Shown here in pieces: positions 29,650 to 39,586 of a DNA stretch of 64,000 nucleotides; positions within the stretch are counted from its first letter, which is position 1, and the number at the start of each line of letters is the position of its first letter. Source of the DNA: Oligoflexia bacterium (lineage in GTDB: Bacteria > Bdellovibrionota > UBA1018). Below the pieces are notes generated by a model that was given only the letters and a program-made list of their open reading frames with translations, ran no database searches and was not told the origin of the DNA. The stretch covers positions 448,001 to 512,000 of the forward strand of contig CAVWVI010000001.1 in the NCBI GenBank assembly GCA_963758495.1, in the 5' to 3' direction. Both the position numbers and the translations under genes were made by a program.

Positions 29650-30952
29650 TTCCTAAAATACTAGCAGCTTTTTCTTTGGATCTTTCAGTATAAGAAAGAA
29701 CATATTGAACATATTCTTTCTCAAGTTCATCTAGCGTAGGCAACTTTGAAAATAGATCTTGAGTACACTGTTGTAATACTATTCCGCTTTCGATCTGAAT
29801 ATCTTTATCATCAATCATTAATTGCGTCGAAAGCACTACCGCACGCTCTATTGTATTCTCAAGTTCTCTAACATTTCCAGGCCATTTCTCATGAATAAGT
29901 TTACTCATGGCAGCTTCACTGAATTTTTTTTCTTCTGTATCATTTAAATTACAATATTTTTTTATAAAAAAATCTGCAAGCAAAGGAATATCTTCTTTTC
30001 GTTCTCTGAGCGAAGGTAATTGAATTGGAATAACGCATAATCTAAAGTAAAGATCCTCACGAAACTTGCCTTCATTTATTTGAGTACGTAGATCTTTATG
30101 GGTGGCAGCAATTATTCTAACATCAATTCGTTTGGGTCTATTTTCTCCTATAGGCTTAATTTCCCGCTCTTGAATCACTCTCAATAGTTTAGATTGAAGC
30201 TCTAAAGGCATATCCCCAATTTCATCAAGAAAAATAGTTCCTTTATTTGCTTCTTCAAATAGACCTCGTCGTGCATCCTGCGCTCCTGTGAAGGCCCCTT
30301 TCTTATGTCCAAATAGCTCAGACTCTAAAAGATGCTCTGGAATTGAAGAACAATTTAATGCAATAAAAGGCATCAAACTCCGCGCACTCTGTTCATGAAT
30401 TGCGCGAGCCACCATTTCCTTACCTGTGCCACTTTCACCAGTGATCAGCACGTTGGATACCGACCGAGCGACCCTTTCTATTAGGTCAAATATTTGTCGA
30501 ATCTTAAGACTCTTTCCTATCATTTTTAAGCTAGATCTTGGAGTTGTTCTATTTTTATCACAATGATCGAATTGGATCGCACGTTTCGCAATTAAGATCA
30601 GCTCCGCCAAATTGATAGGCTTGATAATATAATCGAATGCACCTTTTTTGACGGCCTCCACTGCTGTTTTAATAGAACCATGAGCGGTAATTAAAATAAT
30701 CGGAGTTAGAATATTCAAGGATTTCATACGTACAATAAATTCAAGTCCATCCAAATCAGGTAGTTTGAGATCACAAATAATGAGATCACTTATTAGTTTA
30801 TTATTTCTTTTTCTGGCCTCAATTTCGACCAACGCATGTAATCCTGTTGAAAACAAGACAACACTCAGATTTTCTAAGGTGAATAGCCTTTTAAGCAGAA
30901 GCTGAAGATCAGGGTCATCATCAATAATCATCACTTCATATTTATTCGCCAT
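29612..30952 (-). CDS. sigma54-dependent NtrC-family response regulator
   Basis: Receiver domain, GESGTGKE, GAFTGA, FLDEIGD, WPGNVRELEN and a Fis-type HTH. Convergent 38-bp overlap with the kinase gene. Confidence 0.95.
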   Translation of the reverse strand: MANKYEVMIIDDDPDLQLLLKRLFTLENLSVVLFSTGLHALVEIEARKRNNKLISDLIICDLKLPDLDGLEFIVRMKSLNILTPIILITAHGSIKTAVEAVKKGAFDYIIKPINLAELILIAKRAIQFDHCDKNRTTPRSSLKMIGKSLKIRQIFDLIERVARSVSNVLITGESGTGKEMVARAIHEQSARSLMPFIALNCSSIPEHLLESELFGHKKGAFTGAQDARRGLFEEANKGTIFLDEIGDMPLELQSKLLRVIQEREIKPIGENRPKRIDVRIIAATHKDLRTQINEGKFREDLYFRLCVIPIQLPSLRERKEDIPLLADFFIKKYCNLNDTEEKKFSEAAMSKLIHEKWPGNVRELENTIERAVVLSTQLMIDDKDIQIESGIVLQQCTQDLFSKLPTLDELEKEYVQYVLSYTERSKEKAASILGINRKTLYRKEHG

Positions 30953-30970
30953 AATATAATCATATAAGAA

Positions 30971-31013
30971 TATTGGGGCAAAAACGAATTTAAATCTGAG
31001 GCGTTTTGCCCCG
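30971..31013. promoter_or_regulatory. Candidate enhancer/autoregulatory site pair
   Basis: TATTGGGGCAAAAACG...CGTTTTGCCCCG inverted repeat, 18 bp from the start of the NtrC-like gene. Shares TATTGGGGCA with 26448. Confidence 0.55.
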
Positions 31014-31073
31014 AATTTTGCATCTAAAATCGATATTAAAAGATAAGTATCTAAATTTAATAGGTTAATAAAC

Positions 31074-31089
31074 TGGTCCGGGTCTTGTT
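31074..31089 (+). promoter_or_regulatory. Degenerate sigma54 promoter
   Basis: TGGTCCGGGTCTTGTT (GG-N10-GT), at a similar distance from the UAS-like site as at csbD. Confidence 0.4.
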
Positions 31090-31134
31090 AGTAACTCTCT
31101 AGTTAAATGAAAGGATTTTTAAAGAAAGGGATGT

Positions 31135-31620
31135 ATGAATATAAACTTAAATATCAAAAAACACGCTTCAGACTCTTTAACGAGGTCAAAAGCAAAAACC
31201 AATAGCCGAGTCTTGATTGTCGAGGATGACTTAGATCTTGTCACCGTACTTGAAACGGTACTCCAGAGCATTGATCGAGGGATCGAATTAGATTGGGCAA
31301 CGAGTGCTGAAAATGCAATCATTCAGCTCAAAAACTCCAATAATAACTCCACCATTCAGAATTATGATCTCATCATCGCTGACATCTTTCTTGATGGCGA
31401 GTCAACAGGGATAGACCTATGGAATAAATGTCATGAATTTTGTATTGACGTTCCCATAATTATTATGTCGAGTTTACCTACTCATAAATACTTTGCAGCA
31501 TTAGGACAGCAAGCCATTAGTCCACCCTTTTTAACAAAACCCTTGGTCCTAAATGAGTGTAAGCAACTGTTTGAAAGTATGCTGAATTACAACTTAATAA
31601 ATAAAAGACTTCATAAGTAA
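31135..31620 (+). CDS. Single-domain response regulator
   Basis: RVLIVEDD, YDLIIADIFL, IIIMS, FLTKP. Confidence 0.88.
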   Translation: MNINLNIKKHASDSLTRSKAKTNSRVLIVEDDLDLVTVLETVLQSIDRGIELDWATSAENAIIQLKNSNNNSTIQNYDLIIADIFLDGESTGIDLWNKCHEFCIDVPIIIMSSLPTHKYFAALGQQAISPPFLTKPLVLNECKQLFESMLNYNLINKRLHK

Positions 31621-31629
31621 AAGAATAGC

Positions 31630-33150
31630 TTAACGCCCATTTCGACTCATCGGTTGATCCCAGCCCGATTTGACCTTTTTGTGTCGACTTGGATGTTTTG
31701 ATTGACCCTCACGACTTGAATAATGATCGCGCCGCCGTTCCTGGGGCTGGTCACGGTGTCGTTCATGAGCTGCTCGTTTCGGACGACGAGAAGTCCCATG
31801 GTCGCTCGCTCCTGTAGAAACACGTACTGTTTTTGGGGCTTCAATCTGAGCTCGCTCCGCAAATACTTCAGGAAACATGACCGATAAAAAGCGTCCCACG
31901 ATCTCTTCACGATTCATTTCAGAAACCGCTAACTTCCAATCTGGTGTCATCAACTCAATTGCACGAGGAAAAGCATTTTGTGCCTGAAAATTCTCAAGAA
32001 TTTTTGAAATCTTCTTGGTTCCAATATCTTTACGAGTCGGAATTTTCCCCTCACGCATTTTACTTTTGGTCATTTGTTCAATTCGGCCAATTAATCCACG
32101 ATGACTTGGGGTCACTAAGCTCATCGCAATACCATTTTTTCCGCTTCGAGCGGTACGCCCAATACGATGAACGTAACTATCGAGTTCGCGAGGAATCGAA
32201 TAGTTAATTACGTGAGTTATATTTTTGACATCGAGTCCACGAGAAGCAACGTCGGTACAAATGAGCAAATTGACTTTTCGGTCCCGAAAAGCCTGCATCG
32301 TTCTTTCGCGTGCGTTTTGATCTTTATCCCCATGCAATGAATCTACTTTATAGGCACGTTCCGTCAAATACTGAGTGAGGTCTGTTACTAACGACTTAGT
32401 TTGACAAAAAACAAGCCCATAAAAATCCTCTGCAGAATCAATTAATTTACATAAGATCTCAGGCTTATTGGATTCGTGAGTCATAAAATAGAGTTGCTCT
32501 ACCGTATCAGGGAGCATCTCCGTTCGATTCACTTGAACTTGACGAGGACTTCGCAAGTATTCATCTGCGACTTTGCGCACTTCTCGGCTCATGGTTGCCG
32601 AAAAAAGCCAAATATTACTCGATTCTCGTGGGGTACTATTTAAAATTTTCTCTAAATCGTCCTTAAAGCCCATTGAAATCATTTCATCAGCTTCGTCAAG
32701 AATCAGGGTTTCGAGCTCATCTAAGCGGAGAGTACCCCTATCCATATGATCAACTACACGACCCGGGGTTCCAACTACTACGGAAGCTCCCTTTTTTAAA
32801 CCATGAATCTGATCAGAGTAGCTTGAACCACCATAAATGGGTAGTGCACGGACACCCTTATGTTTGCCCAATAAATTAATCTGTCCAGCGACTTGAAGAG
32901 CAAGCTCTCGAGTTGGACAAAGGACAAGGGCCTGAACCGACCTTCGAGAGGGATCAATCCGCTCCAAAAGTGGGATTGCAAAGGCAGCAGTTTTACCTGT
33001 ACCTGTGGCCGCTAAACCCAAAAAGTCCGTAGACTTACCTAATAAAATAGGGAGCGCTTCCGCCTGGATTGGGCTTGGCTTTTCATAGCCCAGTTCGGCA
33101 ATTGCACGCATTAATGAAGTACTTAATTTAAGCTGATTAAATGAATCCAA
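31630..33150 (-). CDS. DEAD-box RNA helicase (DeaD/CshA-like)
   Basis: Q motif, ATGTGKT, PTRELA, TPGR, DEAD, SAT, HRIGRTAR and a basic tail. TTG start inferred. Confidence 0.95.
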   Translation of the reverse strand: MDSFNQLKLSTSLMRAIAELGYEKPSPIQAEALPILLGKSTDFLGLAATGTGKTAAFAIPLLERIDPSRRSVQALVLCPTRELALQVAGQINLLGKHKGVRALPIYGGSSYSDQIHGLKKGASVVVGTPGRVVDHMDRGTLRLDELETLILDEADEMISMGFKDDLEKILNSTPRESSNIWLFSATMSREVRKVADEYLRSPRQVQVNRTEMLPDTVEQLYFMTHESNKPEILCKLIDSAEDFYGLVFCQTKSLVTDLTQYLTERAYKVDSLHGDKDQNARERTMQAFRDRKVNLLICTDVASRGLDVKNITHVINYSIPRELDSYVHRIGRTARSGKNGIAMSLVTPSHRGLIGRIEQMTKSKMREGKIPTRKDIGTKKISKILENFQAQNAFPRAIELMTPDWKLAVSEMNREEIVGRFLSVMFPEVFAERAQIEAPKTVRVSTGASDHGTSRRPKRAAHERHRDQPQERRRDHYSSREGQSKHPSRHKKVKSGWDQPMSRNGR

Positions 33151-33256
33151 AGTGTATCTCTTTTCTTTAAGATACCCTGTATAGCACACTTTTTACCCAA
33201 TTGCCGTTTATTTTGATACCCTCCTTGTATTAAATCGGTTAAAAGTCGAATTAAGT

Positions 33257-34450
33257 ATGAATCATTATGATGTTATCATTATTGGAGCCGGTGGTGCCGG
33301 CCTTATGTGCGCTCTCCATGCTGCCCGACGAGGACGTAGGGTCTTCTTGCTCGATCACGCTAAAAAACTCGGTGGGAAAATTTTAATATCGGGCGGCGGC
33401 CGTTGCAATTTTACCAATAGGGAAGCGAGCCATTTAAATTATGTTTCTGAAAATCCTCATTTTTGTAAATCGGCACTTTCTCGTTACCCTTCCGAGAGTT
33501 TTGTTGAGATGGTTCAAAATCATAAAATCGCGTATCATGAAAAAAAACTGGGTCAACTCTTCTGTGATCATTCGGCTCAAGAAATTGTCAATCTTCTAAA
33601 ATCTGAATGCGACAAAGCCGGAGCACGTATTGAGCTGGAGTGTAAAATTAACAAAATATCTCGAATTGCCGAGAACGATGTTCATTTTAACATTGAATCA
33701 AGTTCAGGTACCTTTCAATGTACTTCATTAGTCATCGCGACAGGTGGCCTTTCTATTCCAAAAATTGGAGCGACAGGTTTCGGCTATGAAATCGCACGCC
33801 AATTTGGACTCCGGATTGTCAATACGACACCTGCTTTGGATGGGTTTCGGCTTGCTGACAAAGAGACCCAATCTTTTCGTGAATTATCGGGTCTCTCTAT
33901 CGATTGTAAAATTACTTGTAATATGATTTCGTTTCGAGAAAATCTTCTTTTCACTCATAGTGGGTTGAGTGGTCCGGCCGCCCTCCAAGCTTCACTTCAT
34001 TGGAATCCAGGTCATTCTATTTTCATAGATCTGTTACCTGATATGCCTTCTTCTTTTGAATGGTTTCTTAATAAAAAAAGAGAAGGTAATCGCTCTATTG
34101 TAAAAAACTTACTGGCTGAATTATTACCCAATCGATTTTCAGAACGCTTTTGCGAACTTTACTTTGCATCCACACTCCCTCTACCTCAAGTCTCAGAAGT
34201 CGCATTGAGTGAGTTTTGCCAAAAACTACATCATTGGGAAATTACTCCCAGCGGAACAGTAGGCTACAATAAAGCCGAAGTAACACGGGGTGGAGTCAGC
34301 ACTGATGAACTTTCCTCCAAAACAATGGAAGCTAAGAAAGTCTCTCATCTCTATTTCATAGGAGAAGTGGTTGACGTTACTGGCTGGCTAGGGGGCTATA
34401 ACTTCCAATGGGCATGGGCTTCTGGCTGGGCGGCAGGCCAAGCTGTTTAG
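33257..34450 (+). CDS. HI0933/YhiN/BaiN family NAD(P)/FAD oxidoreductase
   Basis: IIGAGGAG, GKILISGGGRCNFTN, GQLFC, AEVTRGGV, GEVVDVTGWLGGYNFQWAW. Confidence 0.92.
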   Translation: MNHYDVIIIGAGGAGLMCALHAARRGRRVFLLDHAKKLGGKILISGGGRCNFTNREASHLNYVSENPHFCKSALSRYPSESFVEMVQNHKIAYHEKKLGQLFCDHSAQEIVNLLKSECDKAGARIELECKINKISRIAENDVHFNIESSSGTFQCTSLVIATGGLSIPKIGATGFGYEIARQFGLRIVNTTPALDGFRLADKETQSFRELSGLSIDCKITCNMISFRENLLFTHSGLSGPAALQASLHWNPGHSIFIDLLPDMPSSFEWFLNKKREGNRSIVKNLLAELLPNRFSERFCELYFASTLPLPQVSEVALSEFCQKLHHWEITPSGTVGYNKAEVTRGGVSTDELSSKTMEAKKVSHLYFIGEVVDVTGWLGGYNFQWAWASGWAAGQAV

Positions 34451-35604
34451 TCCGCTCCTTTTTTTGCTTTAAATAGATGTACTGAATAGATTTCTAGTTG
34501 CCGGACATGTTTAAAGAAAAGCCAAGGTAAGTGGTCTATTTTCTCCTCAATTTTAAACCCTGCTTGTTCATAGAGCCATTCCGCGGCTCGAGCAGAATCC
34601 TGAATCCCACGAGGCAGGCGCGCCCGAAGTTTCTTAGCCACGACTTCATGCCAAATATAGGGGCAACTTTGAATGGCTATACCGTTATTTTTTAGCAAAT
34701 CATACTGAATGGCGGGAAGCGAAGACGGATTATCCAACATATCAATCGCATTGAATACCAATGCAAGATCCCACTGCCCGGTGAGTGCAGGAGGATTTTC
34801 CAGATCTCCAACTAAAAAATCCCCTTGACCATCATAGCTCTTTGCAGGGGAAATATGAATGGAACGCGATAAAGGACCTTGAAGCAAATCTTCAGGAATC
34901 CGCAAGGACCCTCGATAGGGAACACCTAAACTAAGGTGCCGAGCCATTGCAATACTTGCAAATGAACTGTCTATTCCAAGGTAAGATTGAAGATGATTTT
35001 TTAACATTGGATATAAACCACCTACGCCACATCCTAGCTCCACAACATGATTCAAACTCCTCTTTTGACCTAGGTGTGCTACCCATTTTTGAATCTGTGC
35101 AAATGGACCTTGATCCCAATACTCTTTTACAAGCGAATCAATCAGTGGACTCCCCTGCCCTCGGCGAGGTTTCCACCAAATGTCTTGAGAAGCTAAAGAG
35201 CTCACTCCTACACGTAAATAATGATTCATGAGATAAAGCGCGTTCACCCGCTCGGCTTCCAAATCATCTTCAATATGCTCAATTTGAATCTCAGCTTTAG
35301 CTTCTAAATAATCCTGTAGATATTCACGAGGAATTTCAGAGTCTTGAACCGCTTGCGCAATCCCTTTCACATGATTTAAAAGGTAAAGACGAACATCATC
35401 TACAACAATGGCCACACCCGCTAGAATAGGGAATTTCGCTTGACACTTCAGGCACTTGAGATCGCCAGACCGGACATCAAAAACATCCTCTGCAGGCCCA
35501 CTCTTTAGCTTCTCATGGGCAATCAGCTGAAAAGACCCCTTACATCGACTTGCACCACGTTTTTTCTTAGGACATTGCAACCTAGAAACTGTTGTATTCA
35601 TCAT
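34447..35604 (-). CDS. Class I SAM-dependent methyltransferase with a Trm112-like N-terminal Cys knuckle
   Basis: LQCP..LKCLKCQAKFPILAGV; VVELGCGVGG, GIDSS. Confidence 0.75.
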   Translation of the reverse strand: MMNTTVSRLQCPKKKRGASRCKGSFQLIAHEKLKSGPAEDVFDVRSGDLKCLKCQAKFPILAGVAIVVDDVRLYLLNHVKGIAQAVQDSEIPREYLQDYLEAKAEIQIEHIEDDLEAERVNALYLMNHYLRVGVSSLASQDIWWKPRRGQGSPLIDSLVKEYWDQGPFAQIQKWVAHLGQKRSLNHVVELGCGVGGLYPMLKNHLQSYLGIDSSFASIAMARHLSLGVPYRGSLRIPEDLLQGPLSRSIHISPAKSYDGQGDFLVGDLENPPALTGQWDLALVFNAIDMLDNPSSLPAIQYDLLKNNGIAIQSCPYIWHEVVAKKLRARLPRGIQDSARAAEWLYEQAGFKIEEKIDHLPWLFFKHVRQLEIYSVHLFKAKKGAD

Positions 35605-35702
35605 GAATCTTAGATTTATCTCGCTCGACCTATGAAATCGAGCAAAAAGCTATTTTTTCCATTAATCGTTAATAAAGTTATATTTTTTTCCGATATGACA
35701 TA

Positions 35703-37451
35703 ATGCGGACCTACGCAATCTCATTATTTAAAAGAACTTTTCTTTACTTTTTAATTTACCTGATGCTTCTGGCGCAACCTTGTTTTTCAAGGATTCCACT
35801 GGAAGTTCAAAAGGAAATGCGTGAAACCGAATTAAAGATAGAAGGACTTCAGAAGTTGAATAAAAGTTCAGAAGTTCCAGCTGCCGAAGAAGTGGAACTT
35901 TTAAAAAATTACCTAAAATCACTAGAAATTATTAACCAACTTTCAAATCAATCCTGCAATTTACCTTCGCCTACCCCACACAATGACACACTCACTCTTG
36001 AGCGCAAATTTCTACAGACATTAGAGCAGCTAGACAAAGTCTATAAATCAGACATTAGTCCTTCTGAAGTTTACAAACTCATTCATTATGTTGAGTCTAA
36101 TAAAGAACAATGGAGAATGAGAAATACTCAGATAAAGCCATTCACCATCAAAAGCAAATCGGGTGAAGTGACTCAGGTACATTTTTCAATAGATCGTCAA
36201 GATAGAATTTATTTACAATTTGGATCAATCGCATTAGGAAGAGGTGCTAGTAAAGTTGCTTATAAAATCACCTCCTATGGAAGTTGGTCTAACTTAGTCA
36301 AGCTTGCTCTTAGACCTGACATAAAAGAACCTGACACAAAAGAAAAAAATGAAAACTTTGCAAATGAACAAAAAATACTTGGACGAATTTCCGATCTTCC
36401 TCGCAACGAACAAACAGGACTAGTAGAGACTTACCATGTAGGGAGGAAGCAAATCATTCAATCCATGTATCCTTATGCTCTGTCTGCAATTCGCCCAGAA
36501 GTGATGAGAAACCTTCGTTCAGACTTACGTTTAGATCTTATTCATCAACTTAGCATTGGACTTAGAAAGTTGCATGATTTAGGCATTCATCATACTGATC
36601 TAAAACAAGAAAACATTTTGGTGAATTTAGAAAGTCAGGAACCCAAACTAGCTATCAGCGACTTTGATTTAGCCTATTTCCCACAATACCTAATTCGTAG
36701 TATGAAAAAAAGACCGCTGAGGGGCACTCCTGTTATGATGGCTCCAGAAATGATAAAAATGATCGGCTATCCTCAAAAAACAACATCTTGGGAAGGAGCA
36801 GACGAGAAAGAAAAAATTGAAATCGTTTTTAAGAGTGATGTTTATGCTGCAGCTACTATCGCTTATGAAATCATGAATCCATATGGACAAAATTGGATAA
36901 AAAAATGCGAAAATATTCTGATTTTTTATTCTTCTAATGAATATTCTGATGAATATAAAGATTTTTTTACTTGCCAAGTCCATGCGCTCAAGAACTTCAT
37001 ATACCAAGAGTCTGAAAGTTTAAATTTAGATTCCTTTAATCACCTCATAGCTGCTGCCGTGAAACCAGATCCTGCTCAAAGAATTAACTCAAAGCAGTTC
37101 GATGAAGGAATTAAATACCTTCAAGAGAAGTCTTATTCTCCTCAAAATGATCCAGGCCCGGTACCCGAAAGGCTGTTGATTTCCAAGTACCAGAAATATG
37201 GTCAACCCGACTATGTTAAACTACGGGAAGTTGAGGCTGAGAATTTACTTATGGGCAAGAGTCCAGGTTCTTATATAGTTCATAAAATAAAATTTAATAA
37301 AGGATTTAGAATGGGTTTTACTTTCATAACTCAAGATGGATCTCCTAAAACCAAAGTTTTAGAAATAAACTCACTCGAACCGTTAGAACTAGAAAAAGAA
37401 ATTAACTTTCTTAAAATGCTAGGAACGCTCAAATCACTGATCTCAGTTTAA
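35703..37451 (+). CDS. Secreted Hanks-type protein kinase with a C-terminal SH2-like domain
   Basis: Signal peptide; LGRGASKVAY, LVKL, NEQKIL, HHTDLKQENILV, SDFDLA, GTPVMMAPE, SDVYA; tail EAENLLMGKSPGSYIV. Confidence 0.85.
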   Translation: MRTYAISLFKRTFLYFLIYLMLLAQPCFSRIPLEVQKEMRETELKIEGLQKLNKSSEVPAAEEVELLKNYLKSLEIINQLSNQSCNLPSPTPHNDTLTLERKFLQTLEQLDKVYKSDISPSEVYKLIHYVESNKEQWRMRNTQIKPFTIKSKSGEVTQVHFSIDRQDRIYLQFGSIALGRGASKVAYKITSYGSWSNLVKLALRPDIKEPDTKEKNENFANEQKILGRISDLPRNEQTGLVETYHVGRKQIIQSMYPYALSAIRPEVMRNLRSDLRLDLIHQLSIGLRKLHDLGIHHTDLKQENILVNLESQEPKLAISDFDLAYFPQYLIRSMKKRPLRGTPVMMAPEMIKMIGYPQKTTSWEGADEKEKIEIVFKSDVYAAATIAYEIMNPYGQNWIKKCENILIFYSSNEYSDEYKDFFTCQVHALKNFIYQESESLNLDSFNHLIAAAVKPDPAQRINSKQFDEGIKYLQEKSYSPQNDPGPVPERLLISKYQKYGQPDYVKLREVEAENLLMGKSPGSYIVHKIKFNKGFRMGFTFITQDGSPKTKVLEINSLEPLELEKEINFLKMLGTLKSLISV

Positions 37452-37461
37452 CAATTCGAGC

Positions 37462-37562
37462 GTAAGCGAGGGAAGGAGTCTTATTGTGCTTGGAACCCAA
37501 ATCTTTACGGCGCAATAAGACTCCTTCCCTCGCTTATCAACAACCCTAAAGGAATTACTTAC
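37462..37562 (-). mobile_element. Copy B (full length, 101 bp) of the GTAAG...CTTAC palindromic element
   Basis: 78/101 identical without gaps to copy A (hand count). Perfect 24-bp stem TAAGCGAGGGAAGGAGTCTTATTG / CAATAAGACTCCTTCCCTCGCTTA. Lies between convergent genes. Confidence 0.85.
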
Positions 37563-37575
37563 ATTTCTATTTTTT

Positions 37576-39444
37576 TCATAACGCTTGTGATGCTTCCCTT
37601 AAATTTACAACATTGCCGTTATATTTCTCCCATAGCTGCTTCAAACCTATTTCGTCAATAGTCTCTTTGACTATCAAAATGTGCACTGCTTCTTCAATAA
37701 GTGCTTTATAATTATGAATTACATCAGTGGCTAATTTCATAGATCGATTCATAATATTTTGAATTGAATTGTCAATTTGTTGAGCCGTTTTCTCACTAAA
37801 TTCAAATGCCCTGATCGCAGCCGGATTCCCCAGCATTGCACTGGACTCTCTTTCATAGACAGCGAGGCCAAGTTTCGGGTCCATACCGTAACGAGTCACC
37901 ATAGCTCGAGCAATATCCGTAGCTTTATCTAAATCATCACCTGAACCCGTTGAAATGTCATCAAAAAATAGATCTTCTGATGCACGACCTGCAAGGGCAA
38001 TGGCCATCTTAGATTCTAATTCTCGACTACTCATCAGATATCGATCTTCCGTTGGACGTCGCATAGTATAGCCTAATGCACCCAACCCACGAGGAATAAT
38101 ACTTACTTTATGAACAACTTCACCTTGACCAAGAGCTAGAGCAACTATGGCATGTCCCATTTCATGGTATGCAACCCTTTTCTTTTCCTCGTGATTAAGT
38201 ACTCGACTTCGCCGTTCCAATCCTGCAATAATTCGCTCAATTGCAAAAGTAAAAGAATTCAAGCTAACTACTTTGTCACCATTTCGAGTCGCAATGAGTG
38301 CAGCCTCATTTACCAAATTAGCAAGGTCTGCACCTGAAAAACCGGCAGTCATAGATGCTAAGACCTTAACGTCTACATGAGGAGCTAATTTTATTTTTTT
38401 CATATGAATCTCTAAAATTTGCTCTCTTCCTATACGATCTGGCTTATCAACTAAGATTTGGCGGTCAAACCTTCCTGCACGAAGAAGCGCCGGGTCCAAA
38501 ACTTCTGGACGATTCGTAGCTGCTAATAAAATAATTCCTTGTGCGGGATCAAATCCATCCATTTCTGCCAGCAATTGATTGAGGGTTTGCTCCTTCTCAT
38601 CATTAGATGATCCAGTAATCGCACTCATTCCCCTCGCCTTTCCTAATGCATCCAATTCATCAATAAAAATAATACAGGGTGCTTTACCTCTTGCTTGCTC
38701 AAAAAGATCTCTCACTCTCGCTGCCCCCAAGCCAACAAATAGCTCAACAAATTCTGAACCGTTAATTGAAAAAAAAGGAACTCTTGCCTCTCCTGCCACC
38801 GCTCGAGATAGTAATGTTTTTCCTGTACCAGGAGGGCCAATTAATAATATTCCTTTAGGCATTCTTCCACCCAGTCTTGAATAACTAGCTGGATCTTTCA
38901 AAAAATTTACAATTTCAAATAACTCACCTTTAGCTTCATCAACCCCAGCAATATCCTCAAATCGTGTTTTCAAATCAGTTTCTACATAAATTTTAGCCTT
39001 GGATTTCCCCAAGGACAGAAACCCTCCCCCTCGAGAGCCCCCTCCTGAACGCTTCAAAATAAACGACCAAAAGAACAAAAATAAAATTATTGGAAATACC
39101 CAAGCTAACAAACCACTAAAAACTTTACTCTCCGGTATCGCACTAAAACGAATGTTTGAAGCTGTAAGTCTATTAACCAAATTTGAATCATTTACTCTTA
39201 AGGTTGTAAATTCTTTTGGATGCCCTACTGGTGGGTTCTTTAAAGTGCCAATAATTCTCTCTGAACCTAAATCCACTTCAGATATTCGACCTTCATTTAC
39301 ATAAGTTATAAATTGACTATAAGGAATTGTTTCTATAGTTTTAGTGTATTGTATCCAATTACTCATCATTATTAAAACAAAGGTAATCATCAGCAAAGAA
39401 AAAATATTAACCCTAGGAATAGTTGAAAGTGGATTCTTTTTCAT
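37576..39444 (-). CDS. ftsH: ATP-dependent zinc metalloprotease FtsH (probably a secondary paralog)
   Basis: 2 TM segments, [17 protein letters not shown] ([20 protein letters not shown]) and HEMGH. Confidence 0.96.
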   Translation of the reverse strand: MKKNPLSTIPRVNIFSLLMITFVLIMMSNWIQYTKTIETIPYSQFITYVNEGRISEVDLGSERIIGTLKNPPVGHPKEFTTLRVNDSNLVNRLTASNIRFSAIPESKVFSGLLAWVFPIILFLFFWSFILKRSGGGSRGGGFLSLGKSKAKIYVETDLKTRFEDIAGVDEAKGELFEIVNFLKDPASYSRLGGRMPKGILLIGPPGTGKTLLSRAVAGEARVPFFSINGSEFVELFVGLGAARVRDLFEQARGKAPCIIFIDELDALGKARGMSAITGSSNDEKEQTLNQLLAEMDGFDPAQGIILLAATNRPEVLDPALLRAGRFDRQILVDKPDRIGREQILEIHMKKIKLAPHVDVKVLASMTAGFSGADLANLVNEAALIATRNGDKVVSLNSFTFAIERIIAGLERRSRVLNHEEKKRVAYHEMGHAIVALALGQGEVVHKVSIIPRGLGALGYTMRRPTEDRYLMSSRELESKMAIALAGRASEDLFFDDISTGSGDDLDKATDIARAMVTRYGMDPKLGLAVYERESSAMLGNPAAIRAFEFSEKTAQQIDNSIQNIMNRSMKLATDVIHNYKALIEEAVHILIVKETIDEIGLKQLWEKYNGNVVNLREASQAL

Positions 39445-39487
39445 GACCCGCCTGATTCTATGTTACAATTAGCTAGATACCCAGATG

Positions 39488-39503
39488 TGCAAGCCTACTG
39501 CCA
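39488..39503 (-). promoter_or_regulatory. sigma54 promoter of ftsH
   Basis: Minus strand reads TGGCAGTAGGCTTGCA, near consensus, 43 bp upstream of the ATG. Confidence 0.8.
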
Positions 39504-39506
39504 AAT

Positions 39507-39549
39507 ATAAGCAAGCCCTAAAGGAAGTAGTTCTAAAGGAGCTGCTTAC
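39507..39549 (-). repeat. Mini copy F (43 bp) of the GTAAG element between divergent promoters
   Basis: Reverse complement GTAAGCAGCTCCTTTAG-AACTACTTCCTTTAGGG-CTTGCTTAT keeps both ends and duplicates the TCCTTTAG motif. Confidence 0.6.
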
Positions 39550-39553
39550 GACT

Positions 39554-39569
39554 TGGCATGGACATTTCA
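39554..39569 (+). promoter_or_regulatory. Possible sigma54 promoter of the AI-2E gene
   Basis: TGGCATGGACATTTCA: good -24 element, variant -12 (TTTCA). Confidence 0.45.
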
Positions 39570-39586
39570 TTTCTAAAATAATTATA

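Noticed and set aside
33183..33198. GG-N10-GC upstream of the DEAD-box helicase (minus strand)
   Set aside because: Flanking positions match the consensus poorly (GGGTAA...GTGCT); too weak to call.
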